From the NCBI RefSeq assembly GCF_009914755.1, contig NC_060930.1: a DNA stretch of 64,000 nucleotides; one strand, written 5' to 3'. Within the stretch, counting starts at the first letter, position 1. Every line of letters begins with the position of its first letter. Below, piece by piece: positions 45,554 to 60,523 of the stretch. The notes beneath the pieces were generated by a model that did no database searches, was not told the origin of the DNA, and worked only from the letters and a program-made list of their open reading frames with translations. This DNA comes from the human T2T-CHM13v2.0 reference genome, Homo sapiens. Position numbers and translations under genes: made by a program.

Positions 45554-47364
45554 AGAATAATTTCTTAACAGGGTCCTACTTCAGATGGATTGCTCAAGAG
45601 TTCAGGCCATATGGAGTACAATTAGACACTGAACATACTACTTTCTGGATCTGGGCCAGTATGACAAATATTACAAAAGCTATTTTTTCCAGAAAGTCAT
45701 CACAGTTTGAAACAGACAGTGACTTATTACCCTAAAGCCTTTTCAATTATGAAGTGCCTGCTCTGGTGTTACTACATATACAAAGGTGGTTACAAACATA
45801 AATAAGTAACCAAGTCTGTTTTCTCTTTCTCTCCTCTAGTAAATTATGTTAATTAAGCAAATTAAGATGATTAAAGTTCAAAATCTTTCATAATTGTTTA
45901 CAATTTTCAAGCATCAGTAAAACCACAAAGCAAATAGATGTATTAAATATAATAAAAAAGCAATTAATTTTGGATCCATATATACTAGTAGGTAAGAGAA
46001 AAAATGGAAATAAATAATTCCAAAGTGAGGTTTGATGCTGAAAATTTGAACCACCGTCTCTGTCAATTATTGTAACACACAAAAAAGTTACTACATACTC
46101 AGTAACTGGGCTCAGAGAAGACATCTAATATGAATAAGAAAACAAGTCCAAATTACAATGTTTCAAGAAGAAATATAGTTTTAACTCTCTTAAGTACTTA
46201 TAAAAAAATTTCAAAATGATCATCAAATTACTTAATGAATAGACTAAGAGAGCTTATATAATAATGTAATACAAATTATGTATATATAATCATATAATGC
46301 ATGCAAACAGGAACTTCCAAAGTGCTTAAAAACAAATTTCCTTTATTACTGACTCTTAGCTGTTATTAGTCTGTGACATTATTTATATTATTTGTTAGCA
46401 TAAAAAATCTTTTCTTCTTAGACATATTACTAATATAAATATTAATTCAATGTGTCCACAAATTCGGACTATAAAATGATCAAAATTAACAAAATTTCTG
46501 TCTACTGAAAGTGAAAATTCGTCAGAGACCGTTTCCTCCATTTACCAAGCCGAGATGCCAGTGGGCACAAAAATAATTTAAGCCACAACTGACCAACTTG
46601 AGACTGCACATTTGTTCATTCATTCGGGCCATACTTATTCACCATCTACTACTCTAAAATGGGGAAGCTGCAAGGGCAGCTGTAGAGGTCACTTGGTCTA
46701 GACCCTCATTTTGCATGAGGAGGCTGTGAGGATTACAGAGATTAAACGCCTGGAGCATGCTGAGTTTATCACAGAGAAAGGGCTGGAGAAGAGAGCAGGT
46801 CCCTTCCCTCCCTGCTCCTTGCTCTTTCTGCCACACTACCCTGGAGCTGAAAGGAGGCAAAGGCCTCCAGTCACATGGAGTCTGACTGGGACGCAAGACA
46901 TCTAAGCCACAAAATGAAGCAATAAATGACATGATCAAATAAGCTGTGCGCACAGGGCAGTGGGGAGGGAAGTTGGTTTGGGCTGAAGCAGCTGGGGAAA
47001 ACTTTCCGTCCCGGAGAAGTGGAGATTCATGCTGGGCATGGACAGTGGGGCAGAATGAGGACAGGTAAAGGCAGAGGGGCTGGGAACCCTCACAGCAAAG
47101 CAGGGTGGTCAGAAACAAACAGGATATGTATGGGCAACATCTGGGATGTAGGACAGAAACCAGGTTCTGCCCACCCTTTCTACAACTCAAGGTCTCCCTC
47201 TCACCAACTCCACTACACGCCATCACCCATATGCCTGGTATTTTGCCCTAAATGCTACACAAATAAGTTAGAAAACTCCAAAGGAGAATGGTAATATCAT
47301 CATAGCAGGTGAAGTGTGAATACTAGGGGTATTACGTATATTGATTTTCTTAGTCCTTACATTG

Positions 47365-47460
47365 ACTATAATCCCCACTCTTCAGATGAAGAAACTGAGG
47401 CACAGATAGGTTCAGGGACTTGGCCAAGGTGGTAAATGTCAAGGCTGGTATTCGAACTAG
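47365..47460 (-). mobile_element. MIR core
   Basis: 'atccccactcttcagatgaagaaactgaggcacaga..cttggccaagg'. Confidence 0.75.
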
Positions 47461-48683
47461 AGAGATATCAAAATTCTGGTATACCCAACCACAGATGAGG
47501 GACGCAGGCACAACCTTCACCAAGTGTGGATCCCAGCTGCAGGACAGCTTGGCATTCCCTTCCCCGTCACCCAGCTTCTATTCCTTCCCATTCTCCTTCT
47601 ATTTAGTCCTAGTTACTAAGAATTTTTAAGGTGCTATCACACCTCCAGGGCTACTTCCAAAAGCCTAGTCGAGCTGACTCAAAGGGAAGGTTCTTTAGGG
47701 ACCTCAGCAATCCAAACACAGCAGACATCTGAGAAATCCTGAAACAAGTCTTCCTACAGAATGATGACTGCCTGCCTCTCTGGCAACTGAGAATGGGTTT
47801 TAAAAACATCCTCCTTTACTGTACAAAGTATCTGGTCACAAAGTTTGTTATTGGCAGAACCAGGATTAAAAATTATGACCTCTGCCTTTTTTCTCTCTCA
47901 CCCTTATTCTCCCAAGGTGTATATTTATATGTTTTGCAAAGTAGCCAAAGGCAGACTTCAAAAGGAGCTTTCCTGTGGGGTGAGCGGTAAATGAATAACG
48001 GCTGGACTGAGAGAGCAAAGAGAAAATGAGTCATGGATATTGTGTTAAATATATAAGCGTTCGCTGGCTTTCTTTGAAATGTTTTCTCATCTAAACTTGG
48101 GAGCTGCTGGCTTTGTATTTACTCACCCTGAAACTGCATCTGGGACTCCGGAGTCAAGCTCTGAATAACATTCAAAGCCTGTATTCTTTCGTTCGAATTT
48201 TAGGCATTGCAACTTGTCATACCTATGTCTTTTACAGCAATGCAACTTAAATGAGGCAATAACTGAAATGGCTTAACCAGGGAGATGTGGTTTAGCACCA
48301 TGTTGCAATCCAGCCATCCAACCCTCATGGAGGTCTCTGAGTTGGGGGAACCTACCAACAACTGGTTTACTGAGATCTCACAGCCCACACTATGATGCTT
48401 TGGGTGCCACTAACTAAAAGGTCCCTCTTTTTAATTATCTATTGCAACGGTTATATTTTTGTTCTATGGATTCTGGCCCTCCCACCTGATTCCTGACACA
48501 GAGAAAATGGCCCTCTGAACATCAGTCACGTAGGGTACTTAAGGACTAAGTGCTTAGCAGTCTGTTTGGCACACAGTAGGTGCTCAATAAATGTTGATTA
48601 CCTTTCTTCCTTTTTCCCCAAATGAATGAAAAACCTCTCATCTCAGAGATGGCAACAGATTAAAAAAAGAAACTTCAAAAATT

Positions 48684-48986
48684 GGCCAAGCGCGATGGCG
48701 CACGCCTGTAATCCCAGCAATTTGGGAGGCTGAGGCAGGCAGATCACTTGAGGTCAGGAGTTCAAGACCAGCCTGACCAACACGGTGAAACCCAATCTCT
48801 ACTAAAAATACAAAAATTAGTCGGGCATGGTGGTGCACGCCTGTACAGCTACTCAGGAGGCTGGGGCAGGAGAATCACCTGAACCCGGGAGATGGACATT
48901 ACAGTGACGTGAGATTGTGCCATTGCACCCCAGCCTGGGCAACAGAGTGAGTGAGGCTCCGTCCCAAAATAAATAAATTAATAAAT
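48684..48986 (+). mobile_element. Full-length AluS-type
   Basis: Both arms, (AAAT)n tail. Confidence 0.96.
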
Positions 48987-49165
48987 GGAAATGAACAATA
49001 ACTTGGAATTTCCTTTATAAAATTAGATGTCTGCATATTAAATGAAGTTTGTTACTGCTTGATTACAATTTAAATTCAAGATTATCACTAAAAATCCCTT
49101 TATAGGTAGAAGTTAGGGAAAAAGATGTGTGAACGCAAAGCTTTCTGGAGTTAAAGGGTAAAACA

Positions 49166-49240
49166 GTATGTATGTATATATATATATATATATATATAAA
49201 TGTATTTATACATATATAATGTAATATAAAATATTTATGT
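49166..49240. repeat. (TA)n microsatellite / AT-rich tract
   Basis: Direct reading. Confidence 0.85.
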
Positions 49241-50129
49241 ACAATAATATATTTCTTAATTCTACAAAATACAGAAAGAATATTATAAGAAAATGTCCCA
49301 CCTTCCTTAGGAACCATGTGTACCAAGACTTTTTAGGAATAGCACCCTGCCTGAAGATTGTATTCTTGCCCACTGTTCTTTCCTAACAAAATTTCCCTTC
49401 AAGTTCTCCTTTCGTTGTGAACTTCAGTTATTGCCTTTCCACTGGCTAAACACAACCACACATATCTTTCAAAAGCTAATTGAAGCATAAAGAAGTTAAA
49501 CATGATTTATTCCAGGTCAAATTTCAAGTCAGTGGAAAAGCCATAAATACAGACCTTCCTCTTGCTGAGTGTTCTGGGTGCCGGGCCATGCTGCAGGGTG
49601 AAATTTTGACTTTTGATTGGTGTTTTCAAAATTCCTTTGTGTATTTAAAAGTAGCTCATATTGACAAGATAGAAGGAAGAAGCTTGAACAAATGTCATTA
49701 ACGTTGCACAATTTCACATTCCTGGACCTATCACAGGTGCCACTGGTTATTAACATATGCATGTAAAACTCCCTGAAAGACACTGTATAACTGGCTCAAA
49801 TGCCTACAAATGGAAGGAGGTTTAGTAGCCTAAAATATACTCTATTTTTCCCTTTAAGTGCAACTGAATCACAATCCACGAGAAGCAGTTTGTGCAAAAA
49901 AAAAATGCTCTACATGTAAGAGCTACACTAAACTGCACTAGACCCCGTTCTAAGATAAGACCCGTATTAACAGAGCCAGGGAAGAATGAAAAGAAGATTC
50001 TGGGAGTGCAAGATGCATTCAGGGGAAAAAAACATCACAAGCACTGAGCTGCAATGAGAAATGAGGGCATCAGAGTCGTCATAAAAAAAAATCACAAGCA
50101 TGTGCAGATTAGACAGATAACGAGAGAGG

Positions 50130-50143
50130 CTTTTTTTTTCTTT

Positions 50144-50184
<41 letters not shown>
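50130..50184. repeat. ~55-nt poly-T tract
   Basis: Includes an uninterrupted T run at 50146-50184. Confidence 0.95.
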
Positions 50185-50188
<4 letters not shown>

Positions 50189-50989
50189 AAAACGGAGGTC
50201 ATTCCTCTTGCTTTCAGGAGCTTGAAAAATAAACCAGAGCGACCAAGGGCTGCAAGGCTTTGACCTTCTGGTGAAGACAGCCTTTAGCAGGAGGAACCTA
50301 ATCCCAGGAAGTTGTCTGTACTTTGCTTTCTGCTACCACACTAGAAGATTACTTGATCAAACAAATGGGCATTTTTCCCCATGATATCTCTGTATCATGA
50401 AAAAGTACATTTGTCATTTAATTTTTATCTAATTGTATTGCCGTTTCCTTCTCCGCCTCTTTCTCCCACCTACCCCCACCCCTCCTACACTGGCATTCTC
50501 TGTGGTCAAAGAATCTGTTTCAGTATTAGTGTTCAATATAGCAAATGTCAAGTAAACACTCTACACATTTCCTGTGCTATTTAAAGCACCCTAAGCAATT
50601 ATTTGCTCTAAAGTATTAAACTGTAAATTTTCTTAGCTGGTGCCAATTCCTATAGTAATAGCTGTCACAGAAAAGTACTTTAGAGTACTCAAACACGGCT
50701 TTTAAACCGGCAACACTCATGCTACATTTGCCAAGACTTTTCTAGTTGTCATATTTTTATGGCATGTTTTTGAGACAATGGACTAACTGCAACAAAGTGT
50801 CATATGTAGCTCTTTTTTCATATTTGAAGCTTTATAGGCACACTGTAGTCTTTCAACATAATTTTTCTCCAAGCAAAAAGATGAGATAGAACATAAAAAT
50901 AGGCAGACGCACATGGTCACACTTCAATCTCATCGTTTTACTGCTTGGTGTTACAGGCCAGAATCATGACCATTGGAAAATATCACTCC

Positions 50990-51315
<326 letters not shown>

Positions 51316-51979
51316 TCATAATAGCTGATAAAAGAGTCCCCCAACACTAGTTCTATAAAGGGTGCACACTGTATTTACACATACAAATGCATGCAGCACT
51401 TGAAAAATATTAAGCAACCAAAACATACATATGTAAATATGTGCAAAGACTAATATACTTCTACATGTATGCCCTTATTAAGTACTTTTATGTTTGACTA
51501 GATGTGCTTCTTTTGAAATCTTTTTAGCTTCATTACATGTTTTTGTAATTTCATGGAAGTAAATTAAAAGTAACATAGTTCTAAATCCTAAACAGCTAAG
51601 ACTGCATTAAATTGCCACCTCCATCTACAGAATTGTATGGCCCTTGAAAAACTTCCATGGATGAGTGCAATTTGCAACCAAAACCAAAAGCCTCTTTACC
51701 TATTTTTTAAATGTAGTGAATTATTCAAACATATTTTCCAACCGATGAAAGAATTCTCTTATTCCTGCCATGCCGGGACCCATTCTGAGTTTTACACCCA
51801 CCATACCAGGTATTACTACTTGCTGAAAGCCTGCATTAAAGCATTAAGGGACAACAACAAGGTTACATTATCTTAACATATTCCACTTAATGGTTTTTGA
51901 TTGTGTTATGAAGTGCCCTCACATTGGTTCCCAAAAATGTTTGCTATTTTAAGAGCCACACTATTAAGAACCACAAGTC

Positions 51980-52815
<836 letters not shown>

Positions 52816-53050
52816 CTATAGAGTTAAGATTTGTGAATTATAACCTGACAAGCTTGTGAGAGATCTGTTGGCACAGTCATATGAAATCATCCTTCTCAGG
52901 TGTTCTGTTTGCTACAAAACATAGCATGCTTTACTTGGAAGGGCATGCCTCATTTGAGTGAGGCAAAAATATTGTCATCTCACCAAGAATTCCCAACACT
53001 AGTCATGACACTGGGCATCCCCGCAAGGAACGCTCGCCTTCACTTTTTAA

Positions 53051-53494
<444 letters not shown>

Positions 53495-53769
53495 TTAAAA
53501 ATATTTTAAAACGTCATGTTTCTATAGTGGTTCCTTCTGAGGTGGGAAGAATGTGACAAGATTGGGGAGGTCCACATAGAGGACATCCAGTTGATGGTAA
53601 TTTTAAAATATGGGTGTAGAGTTAAAGGAGTGTTCACTGAACCCTTATTTTTTATAATTTACATTTATTTTGTGAATATACTTTTGTATTTCTATTTTAC
53701 TGTATTTTATTTTATATTTAGTAAAAACAATTTTTGAACATAATTTTGCAAGTTCTACAATGACACAGG

Positions 53770-54005
53770 TGGTAGGCAATAGAGTATAATTAGTTAAAAG
53801 CACAGGGTCTAAGGTTAAAATGGCATGCATGAAGCCCAGTCCCACCACTTACTAGCTCTGTGACCTTGGGCAAGCTACTAACCCGGTTACCTCATCTGTA
53901 AGGTGGAGATAATAATGACCTATGTAGGTTTACTGTGAGGATTAAGTGATTAGTACAGTGACTGACACATCCTAAATCCTCAATATGCCAGCCAGCCATT
54001 ATTAT
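53770..54005 (+). mobile_element. MIR element
   Basis: 'ccacttactagctctgtgaccttgggcaag..cctcatctgtaa..gtgaggattaag'. Confidence 0.8.
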
Positions 54006-54457
54006 TGTTAGAAGAACAGGCTCCCTGCATTGTGGGCTTTTCTGAGTGTGTACACTCCCTCCTTGTGTTTCTGATCGCAAATAAATATTTATTAACAATG
54101 ATTTATTGAATAAAACTATCAGCAATCAAGTTCCACTTTTTTAAGAGCCACTCCGTGTGTCACTAGAAGATGCCCAAATGAATGGAGGAAACAAATCTAA
54201 TGGTTTATAAGAAAAGTGTGAAGAATCTGAATATCCAGGAACCCTTTCAGGGAAGCCTCATTAATATTAACTGCTATATATAAGAGAAGACCAAAATTCT
54301 GTCTCGGGGTACAGACAAAATCCAGCAGTAATTTAAAGTATGAAGATATCTACCACTCACCTGTAGGTGTACTCAGAGTTCACAAAATACATTAAGTCCT
54401 AATATCTTACATTGACAAAGAATAATCATTAGGAAGATCCACTTAACTCTTTTTAAA

Positions 54458-54539
54458 AGGTTGCAGTGAGCTGAGATCGTGCCATTGCACTCCAGCCCAG
54501 GCAACAGTGCGAGACTCCATCTCAAAAAAGAAAAAAAAA
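54458..54539 (+). mobile_element. Alu 3' terminal fragment (~80 nt)
   Basis: aggttgcagtgagctgagatcgtgccattgcactccagcc...ctcaaaaaag. Confidence 0.93.
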
Positions 54540-57500
54540 CTGTCCCTCAAATAATACAAAAAAAGCATCAAAGAGTAATCAAAGATTAATCTGTTTGAAA
54601 CCATGGGCCACAACTTATTCCGCATTATTTTTCCCTGCTAGCATAGTACTCTGCATATAGTAGGCTGAGAAAAAATAGAATTAAATTGAATGCAAAATGA
54701 GATTAGACAAAAAGATGTTTAAAGACCCTTCTGATTTAAATTTCATGAATTACAAACTGCCTAAATACTCAAACTGTTATTGATTATAGCTGATATTCAT
54801 GGCTAAACTCCAGAATTCACTGATACATTAATAATGAAATGTATTCCTCTCTCCTTAATTTCACTTAATGTGAGCATGTTCAATCTACAGCTTTGATTTC
54901 AGTGTTTAATTTTATTATCAAAGTATTAAGAATATGCCTACCTGGTAAGTTTTTAGAAACATAAAGAAACTGACAACTTTGGGAAATATATACGTTCTGA
55001 AAGAACGAAATTAAGGCATTTGCTTTGTGTTCTTTCTTTAACAGTTCCTAATCTCCCTTCAGTGTATTTATTGGGCATTAGTTGTTATCTAACACAACAG
55101 TTCTCCTAGTAGAATGAAATCAACCTTAAAATAAAGAGCTTTTCAGGAGTAAAAAGAGGCTGTTACAAAAGAAAAATGCTAGAGGGGAATTATCTTTATA
55201 TCACATAGTAATTTACATCTTAGAAACTTAAAGTTGTATCATAGCTGTACAATTAGCCAAAACTGAATATATTTTATGAGATACTGATTACTCACAAGAA
55301 CAAAGGGAAATCCAATTGAAGGATTAAATTCCTGTCAAAACCAGTCACTCATGTGTCTGCACGTATATCGCAAAGTGTTTGTGAATTTGATGCATATTCC
55401 AGGTATAAATCCCCTTTCCAGAGAGCAGAAATTCCTAATCTGCCACACTTCAAACTGAAATAGATTCATCAGCATTTCGGGTACATACGAACAGCTCCCC
55501 AAAGCCATTAGCAAAAGTTATTTGTAAGTGGAAAATCAAGAGACATAAAGATTTCAAAGTCAAAATGCAATGTTATTTAGTTTTCTGCAGCACATAACAA
55601 GGCAAAAACTTTCAGTCAGAGAGAAAAGCAAAAGCAAGATCATTGCTCCTTCACAGAGACTGGTAAATAAAGAATGTATGCACAAAACACCTGGATTTGC
55701 TTTCCTGTTTCCTTGCCAGTAACTTTTTTTATATGATTATCTAACAGTCAAACAAACCTTCAAAGCAATGAATTACGCATAGACACACAGACACACTCTC
55801 ACACAAAAGAGAGCAAAGCTGATGCTATTTAAATATCGTGAAATATTTTCCTAACCATGCACAGATGGAAGTACAGACGTTTCTGCCAACCGCCTGGTTC
55901 AGAAACTTTGCTCTATTTTTAATTATTTGGTTCAGAGGACCCATTTGTGATTAACTTCTGTGTTGCATGGCAAAGGAAGTAAAGTTCCTGACCCACAGCA
56001 AAGAACACAGAAAGAAGCTTAATTATTTTTAAACAGCTAGTGTAATATTGTAAACCATGTGTAGAGACAACTAATTTGTCAAAGACCAGTTGATGACTGT
56101 TGCAGTTTGAAGCTGTAGGGTGTATGAAGAACAGAAAAATCCAAGGGAACTTTAGTAAGTGATGCCAAAATGAATCTCATAATGACAAATAGATTTTCAT
56201 CTCTGAGAAATAACAATGGAGCAAGAAATAGAGAGGAAGAAATTAATAGTGTTGTAAGGCCTAATCTCATTAGCAGGAGAAGTTTCAGTTTTGACTAGGA
56301 GCAGTGAATGGAATGCCAGCAGCCTTAAGCACAGGAAATGGACTCAGATGCAAGAAGTTGGTCAGGAAACTCCAGCCATAATATTCAGAATAACACACTA
56401 GAATTTTAGCTGAGCAAGATGAAATCCCAGAAGAGAAGTAGAAAGAGAAGCGATGGTTCAGCAATAAGACAGAAAAGATGGTCAAGGTATAAACAATGAA
56501 CAGGTTGGAACTGTTTGGAACTGTTTTATATTTTTAAGTGCTGTGCATTTACAAAACAAAAAAAAAAGTAGTTTCTAAGTAAGAAAACAATAAACCCAAG
56601 TAGCAAATTAGTTATAAACACAGAAAGAAAACAAAATAGACGGCATCCAGTTAAGAATTTTGAAAGCAGAATAGGGCTAAAACCTAACAGAACTTTATTC
56701 CTCGAGAAGCTTTCTCTTGATCAATAGCCCTAAAATTTTAAGACATTCTGTATTTAAGTCCTTAATGTACTTGGAAAACCTCAGAGTCTACTGAATCATA
56801 CAGGCCACGAAGAGCCAAAATATTTCAGGAGTAATAGATGTTGCTAAAAATTACATTTGCAGCGAATCCAGGACCAATGCCAGAATGATCTGGGAATTTA
56901 AAAAACAAAACAAAACAATAAACACCTAATTTCTCCTTGAGGAGAGTAGAAATGGAGAATAAAAACAGAACTTCCTTTGCTGGGGGCTCTCAATTCTGAA
57001 GCTCAGTTCCTTAAACCGCTAACACTGGCTATTAGCTTTCAGCTGGGCTGGTTGACATGGCAAGACCCTTAGAAGGGCACATCCATATTTGTGGGTAATT
57101 ATGGAATTTCAACAATTGGAAGCAACTCAGGGAGCCATCATGAGGAGAAGAAAAAAGGTAATCTGTTTCAGAAAGTCCAAAATAAAGTGACTTTATTATA
57201 TACATATTCATATTCCTCCTCTATTATGCAAATAGGTGAAGTATGTGTATGGGTGTGTGTATTGGCAAAAGACTAGAATTTTAAAAAACCAGGATTTTAA
57301 AAAAAGCACATCTATGACTGAATTATTTATAGTTGCAAATGGCTTCATAATACCAACCTAGTATTATTACTGCAGGCACTGGCCCTGGCTTAGAAATGTT
57401 ATTTCATTTAGAAATGTTTCTATTTGTTGTAACACTAGCCACTGTGATGGGGTTTGACCCGTGTCTTTGTCCATAAAACAACCCTATAAGATATGTAAAC

Positions 57501-59372
57501 ATGAATTCAATTTTCTTTAAGTGAAAGAAAGCAAAAATATGGTTGTCAGAACAAGAACTGCTTTCTGTGGGATATTCTAGTTAAATGAAAGCTATTCAAC
57601 TTGAATCAATTGCTGTATCCATTCTCCAATACACAGCAGATTTATATTTCAGAAGGTTTTTGACAGAGAACAAAATGTTACTGAAATATCTCTTCCATTC
57701 CTTTTGTCCTACATAACATTCCATGGGCTGAACTCCCAACGAGGGGCATATATTTGTCAGCTTCTGTTTGCACTTGTTCTATTGTAGTTTGTCTTTGTTG
57801 CAAATTTTCCATTTTGACCCTTTCCTGACAAAACATTAATATATACATTTTGGTTGTGTTACGACTTGTTAAAAAAAAAAAAAAAAAAAACCCTGACATT
57901 TTTATTCTGTACCACCTTGAAGCACCCATAACTTTTTAAAATAAGCCCTGCTATTTAAATCAGTGATCAAATTTTTTTTGTATCTGCTTATGTAAACACT
58001 AGAAATCCAGGGAGAAAATTCTTCCAATCCAACAATCCACACATTCCTACACAAAACCAATCACTTGAGTATTTAAAAGCTAGATCTGTGGCGAGAGACA
58101 GGCTAGAACTAGCACAAACAAGTCTGTGCAAGATGAATTTATCCTCCACTGCCTCTACTCCAGGTCATCCCAGGACTATGCCTGTGAGCTAATGCCAAGA
58201 TGGAAAAAAAATGGATGGGTGCCTTTTTTCTAGTGTATTTGTGTAAAGACTCCCCAAGAGCTCAAGAGGGAGTTGCTGCTCTGCAAATGACAAAAGGTGT
58301 GTAGCTGCAAGCCAATCAGGCAGAACATTTAACATCGTCCTGGCCATTAATGACTAAGCCTGCGCCAGCTCAAAAGCGGTCGGAAACAGACGTCAGACTA
58401 TGGGACAGCTAAAACATTGATTCTCAGGGATGTCGTCCAAGAGGAGGTCTCTGAAGCTGGGTGTCATCCTTTAGGGTGGCCCAGAATAAAATGGTGACAC
58501 ATTATGCCTCCTGGCGAGTTCATAAACACTTTGAACGGCAAAGACACCAAGTCCCGGGGACTTCCAACGAAGATCTTGGGGCAAGAAGAGATGTCCACCA
58601 GCACTTTCTGTTCTGTGACCTGTTAGAGAGAAACATTCTTAGCTACTCCATCACCAAGCAAAAGTCCCTGCCAGGCTGTATCTCCTTGACTCCTGGGGGA
58701 AAAGCTGTAAAGAGATTGAGGAGGGCACCTAAGAGAGAGATAGATGGCCTTTGTCTTGTTTGCAGTTTCACTAATGAGGTTTCCAGATATAAAATCTGGC
58801 TTCTGTCAAGTCTAAATGTGAATCAGATTCTGAGTATTTCTGCAACTAACAATATGGTCACCAGCAAACTACTTCTGCAAAGAAAGAAAAGGCTTCATAA
58901 TAGTTATTGCTTCTGGCACCAAGAGATGGACAGTGTATTTTACTAAAAGATTAGCCACTAGATGTTGTAACAGTAGATACTTAATTATTGGGGAAGTAAC
59001 TCATGGTTTTTGCAGATACAAATGTCCAGCACCAGCTCCTTCTTGCCTAGCAGAATAAAGCTGATTCACAGGTGGCTGGAAGAGCTTCTTCTAATCTCTT
59101 CTGTAACATCTAGTAGAAAGACAGCAGATACCTACACAGAGAAATGATCTGATTGTACAATCTTCCCATCCACAAGGACTTCTCAGAGCAGATGACATTA
59201 AATTTCAAGATTCCATATACGAGATCAATTTGATTTCCTGATGTTTTCAACCTTGCTGTCATGGGTGCATTAAAGGAAATACACCTCAAAAAGCTCAACT
59301 TTAAAGGTGCAGTGGCTGCAAAATGAAAATCATTCTCTGTTTATCCATCAAGTTTAGGCTCCGGCACTATAA

Positions 59373-59573
<201 letters not shown>

Positions 59574-59744
59574 TAACTGGGAATTGCACATACCCAAGGG
59601 ATTGGACTCTTGCATTTCTTCACCATTCCAGCTCCATCTCAATATTGTTCTAGGGGGCTAACTCAGTTAAGCAAAGACATGTCTTTTCATCCTACAACTT
59701 CGGAAACGCAAATAATTTCTGGGGTATCTTGGCTGTACAAGGAG

Positions 59745-59960
59745 ATGGAGAAGAGAGCTGAACTACAAGTCAGAAAATCAGGTTTACAGCACAGGCTACA
59801 TGTATTTCTAACCACTGGAATCTAGTAAATCAGTCAACCTCGTAGGTTCTGTTTTCTCCCCTAGAAAATGAGGGTACTTTTCTACTCAAGCAGTCATTAT
59901 GACTATCCACTGAAACAATTTATCTAAGGCACTCTGAATTCTGTGATGTGCTATTATCAG
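59745..59960 (+). mobile_element. MIR-family element
   Basis: 'aagagagctgaactacaagtcaga..tagaaaatgaggg..aaggcactctgaa'. Confidence 0.5.
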
Positions 59961-60480
59961 CTGAGGCAGACTCATGACACATTAACCACTGCACATGGTC
60001 TGGATAACTGTGGTTTTAAAGGCTGTAGTTACTAAATCAGAGGCTCAGACTGCAGAATACCATCAAGAGAAAGGGTACTTTTGACTAGTCCTACAAGAGA
60101 AACAGGAAACACAGGACTTTCCTCCCAGTATACTCTTTGAAGACCCTGGACATTTAAAATGAGAAAGTTTTAAGAACACTTTTTTTAAAGGAAGTCTCAT
60201 TTCTTGAGACTTCAGGGCAAAAAGTTAAATTAAGTGCACCCTTCAGAGACAGAAACTTTGCGATTTCAGGTCACCGAATGTTCTCTGTACAGCAGGACAG
60301 CCAACAGCTGTGTTTGGTCATTTACACATATTAAAAAACCCTCCCTCCAGGACTTAAAGATGATATGAACTGTGTCATGGAGTTTAGTCTGAGGAAGGCT
60401 CATATACTACTGGTGAGACCCACATTTCAAGGTCCTACTCAGAAAGACGTTTCTTCATTTTAATGTTGTTTATTACTCAC

Positions 60481-60523
60481 ATTCTGCTAATCACTAGGAT
60501 GATTGAAACAGCTTTGCAGCTCG
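60481..60523 (-). other. Candidate 43-nt exon (or TATA-driven first exon)
   Basis: Acceptor ttctttaattttcctcccag|, donor AAT|gtgagt, TATAAAAG at 60564-60557. Confidence 0.3.

Noticed and set aside
46654-47226. 190-aa minus-strand ORF
   Set aside because: No recognisable domain, partly overlaps MIR-like sequence, no convincing splice context.
54355-54370. cctacag|gtgagt as a recursive splice site
   Set aside because: No polypyrimidine tract immediately upstream; better read as an ordinary donor.
57678-57825. Protein-like stretch ERVKMENLQQRQTTIEQVQTEADK after ttttgtcag
   Set aside because: Poor polypyrimidine tract, no good donor, and the peptide is not recognised.
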